From: an uncultured Spirochaetota bacterium | GTDB taxonomy: Bacteria; Spirochaetota; Spirochaetia; SZUA-6; Fen-1364 | Assembly: GCA_963845535.1 (NCBI GenBank) | Contig: CAWJSK010000014.1 | Span: 117,834 to 181,833 of the forward strand | Reading direction: 5' to 3' | Length of the DNA stretch: 64,000 nt | In this document: piece by piece, positions 63,306 to 64,000 of the stretch | Numbering within the stretch: position 1 is the first letter of the stretch | How the letters are laid out: each line of letters begins with the position of its first letter | The notes under the pieces: model-generated | Databases searched by the model: none | What the model was told of the DNA's origin: nothing | What the model saw: only the letters and a program-made list of their open reading frames with translations | Translations under genes and position numbers: made by a program

Positions 63306-63442
63306 GGTCAGGAGCGAGCAAGATGAACAAACTCCCATATTCTTTCATCGGAGGAGACCCCAGAGGAAGCCTTTGATGCTGCCTACCGAATTCTGAGCCG
63401 ACCCAAAAAGGGGGGTAAAAAAGGAGTATTCAAAAATGCTAT

Positions 63443-63539
63443 TTTATGGAACCTCGGAGAACTTTGCTTCTCTAATGCACGAGTTCTTTGTATCTCTGGA
63501 AAGGACTTTATAATCTGCTTCCCGTGTAGTGTTATGCGC
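63443..63539 (+). repeat. Conserved non-coding leader, copy 2
   Basis: Same four blocks in the same order as 61347-61459; contains TATAAT. Confidence 0.8.
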
Positions 63540-63773
63540 ATGTCTGTCAGCGGCCATCGTTCTGAGGCTTTTTCTCGGTCGTTGACGGTTTTCTGAAAGC
63601 AATCTATCGTTTGAACAGTAGACGCTTGTAACAATCTTTTTTTGACGGGAGGAAAACGTGAATCGCGCCAAAGAAACATTCAGAGTCTTGAAGAGGGTGA
63701 CAATTGCTTTGGTAGTCGCAGGGATCGTTCTTACTGCGGTCAGCTCAGGTGGGGTTCAGCGGACGCGGGGCCT

Positions 63774-63889
63774 GGCTAACAAATCGTTGCAGCTGACGCC
63801 TTGGATGCTTTTCTGAATCGCAATTAGGCCCCATGCTGTGGGGGCTTCGCGTCGATGATTCGGCGGCGCAGCTGAACTCTATGTTAGAG
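63774..63889 (+). other. Integron attC site
   Basis: R'' GGCTAAC, 5 nt, L'' GTTGCAGC TGACGCC ... GGCGCA GCTGAAC (L'), 5 nt, R' GTTAGAG; two extrahelical bases. Confidence 0.85.
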
Positions 63890-64000
63890 CGCTCCAAAAT
63901 CCTACTCGTGGAGGTTTTGCATCCGGAAAGGAGTCTGCCAGATGCCACTCAACGAACCGCCGCTTGGCTAGGGCAAAACCAACCTCACCGAGTACTTCGA

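Larger units (their letters stand above)
51394..64000 (+). mobile_element. Integrative element/genomic island at tRNA-Val (right end not seen in window)
   Basis: Integrase directly after the tRNA, lower GC, xis/primase/par module and IS debris; no repeat of the tRNA 3' end found. Confidence 0.75.

Overview
High-GC bacterial chromosome segment, probably from a free-living Spirochaetia genome or MAG. This is inferred from a DUF2259-like gene, a large spirochete-type hypothetical and a Borrelia/Leptospira-like plasmid ParA; no database search was run. The window has four zones. (1) 1-21 kb: cytochrome c oxidase subunit I start, a cytochrome c fusion, ftsK, an MNT-HEPN pair, a complete siaABCD-like operon, azlCD and an ABC/LolA-like/beta-barrel envelope module. 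(2) 21-31.8 kb, accessory: an IS5-family element inserted just before a stop codon, a MarR-DUF1905 fusion, a DUF6600-like protein, an RND pump split by a diverged 480-bp tandem duplication, and a hidden hicA pseudogene. (3) 31.9-51.4 kb, housekeeping: acyl-CoA dehydrogenase-etfB-etfA, lspA, purL/purQ, proS, aroF, tRNA-Ala and tRNA-Val. Genes at 32-46 kb carry many single-base frameshifts that look like long-read errors. (4) 51.4-64 kb: an island at tRNA-Val (integrase, excisionase, primase-helicase, parA, parB with an internal 34-bp palindrome) followed by a mosaic cargo region. The best candidate for an undescribed system is in that cargo. A tyrosine recombinase + IS91-like HUH transposase unit is bounded by two inverted 28-bp dif-like (11-6-11) sites and flanked by modules sharing the partner arm. 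Two of those modules begin with a conserved ~100-bp leader ending in a GTT core, followed by integron attC sequence. Family names come from motif recognition by eye.
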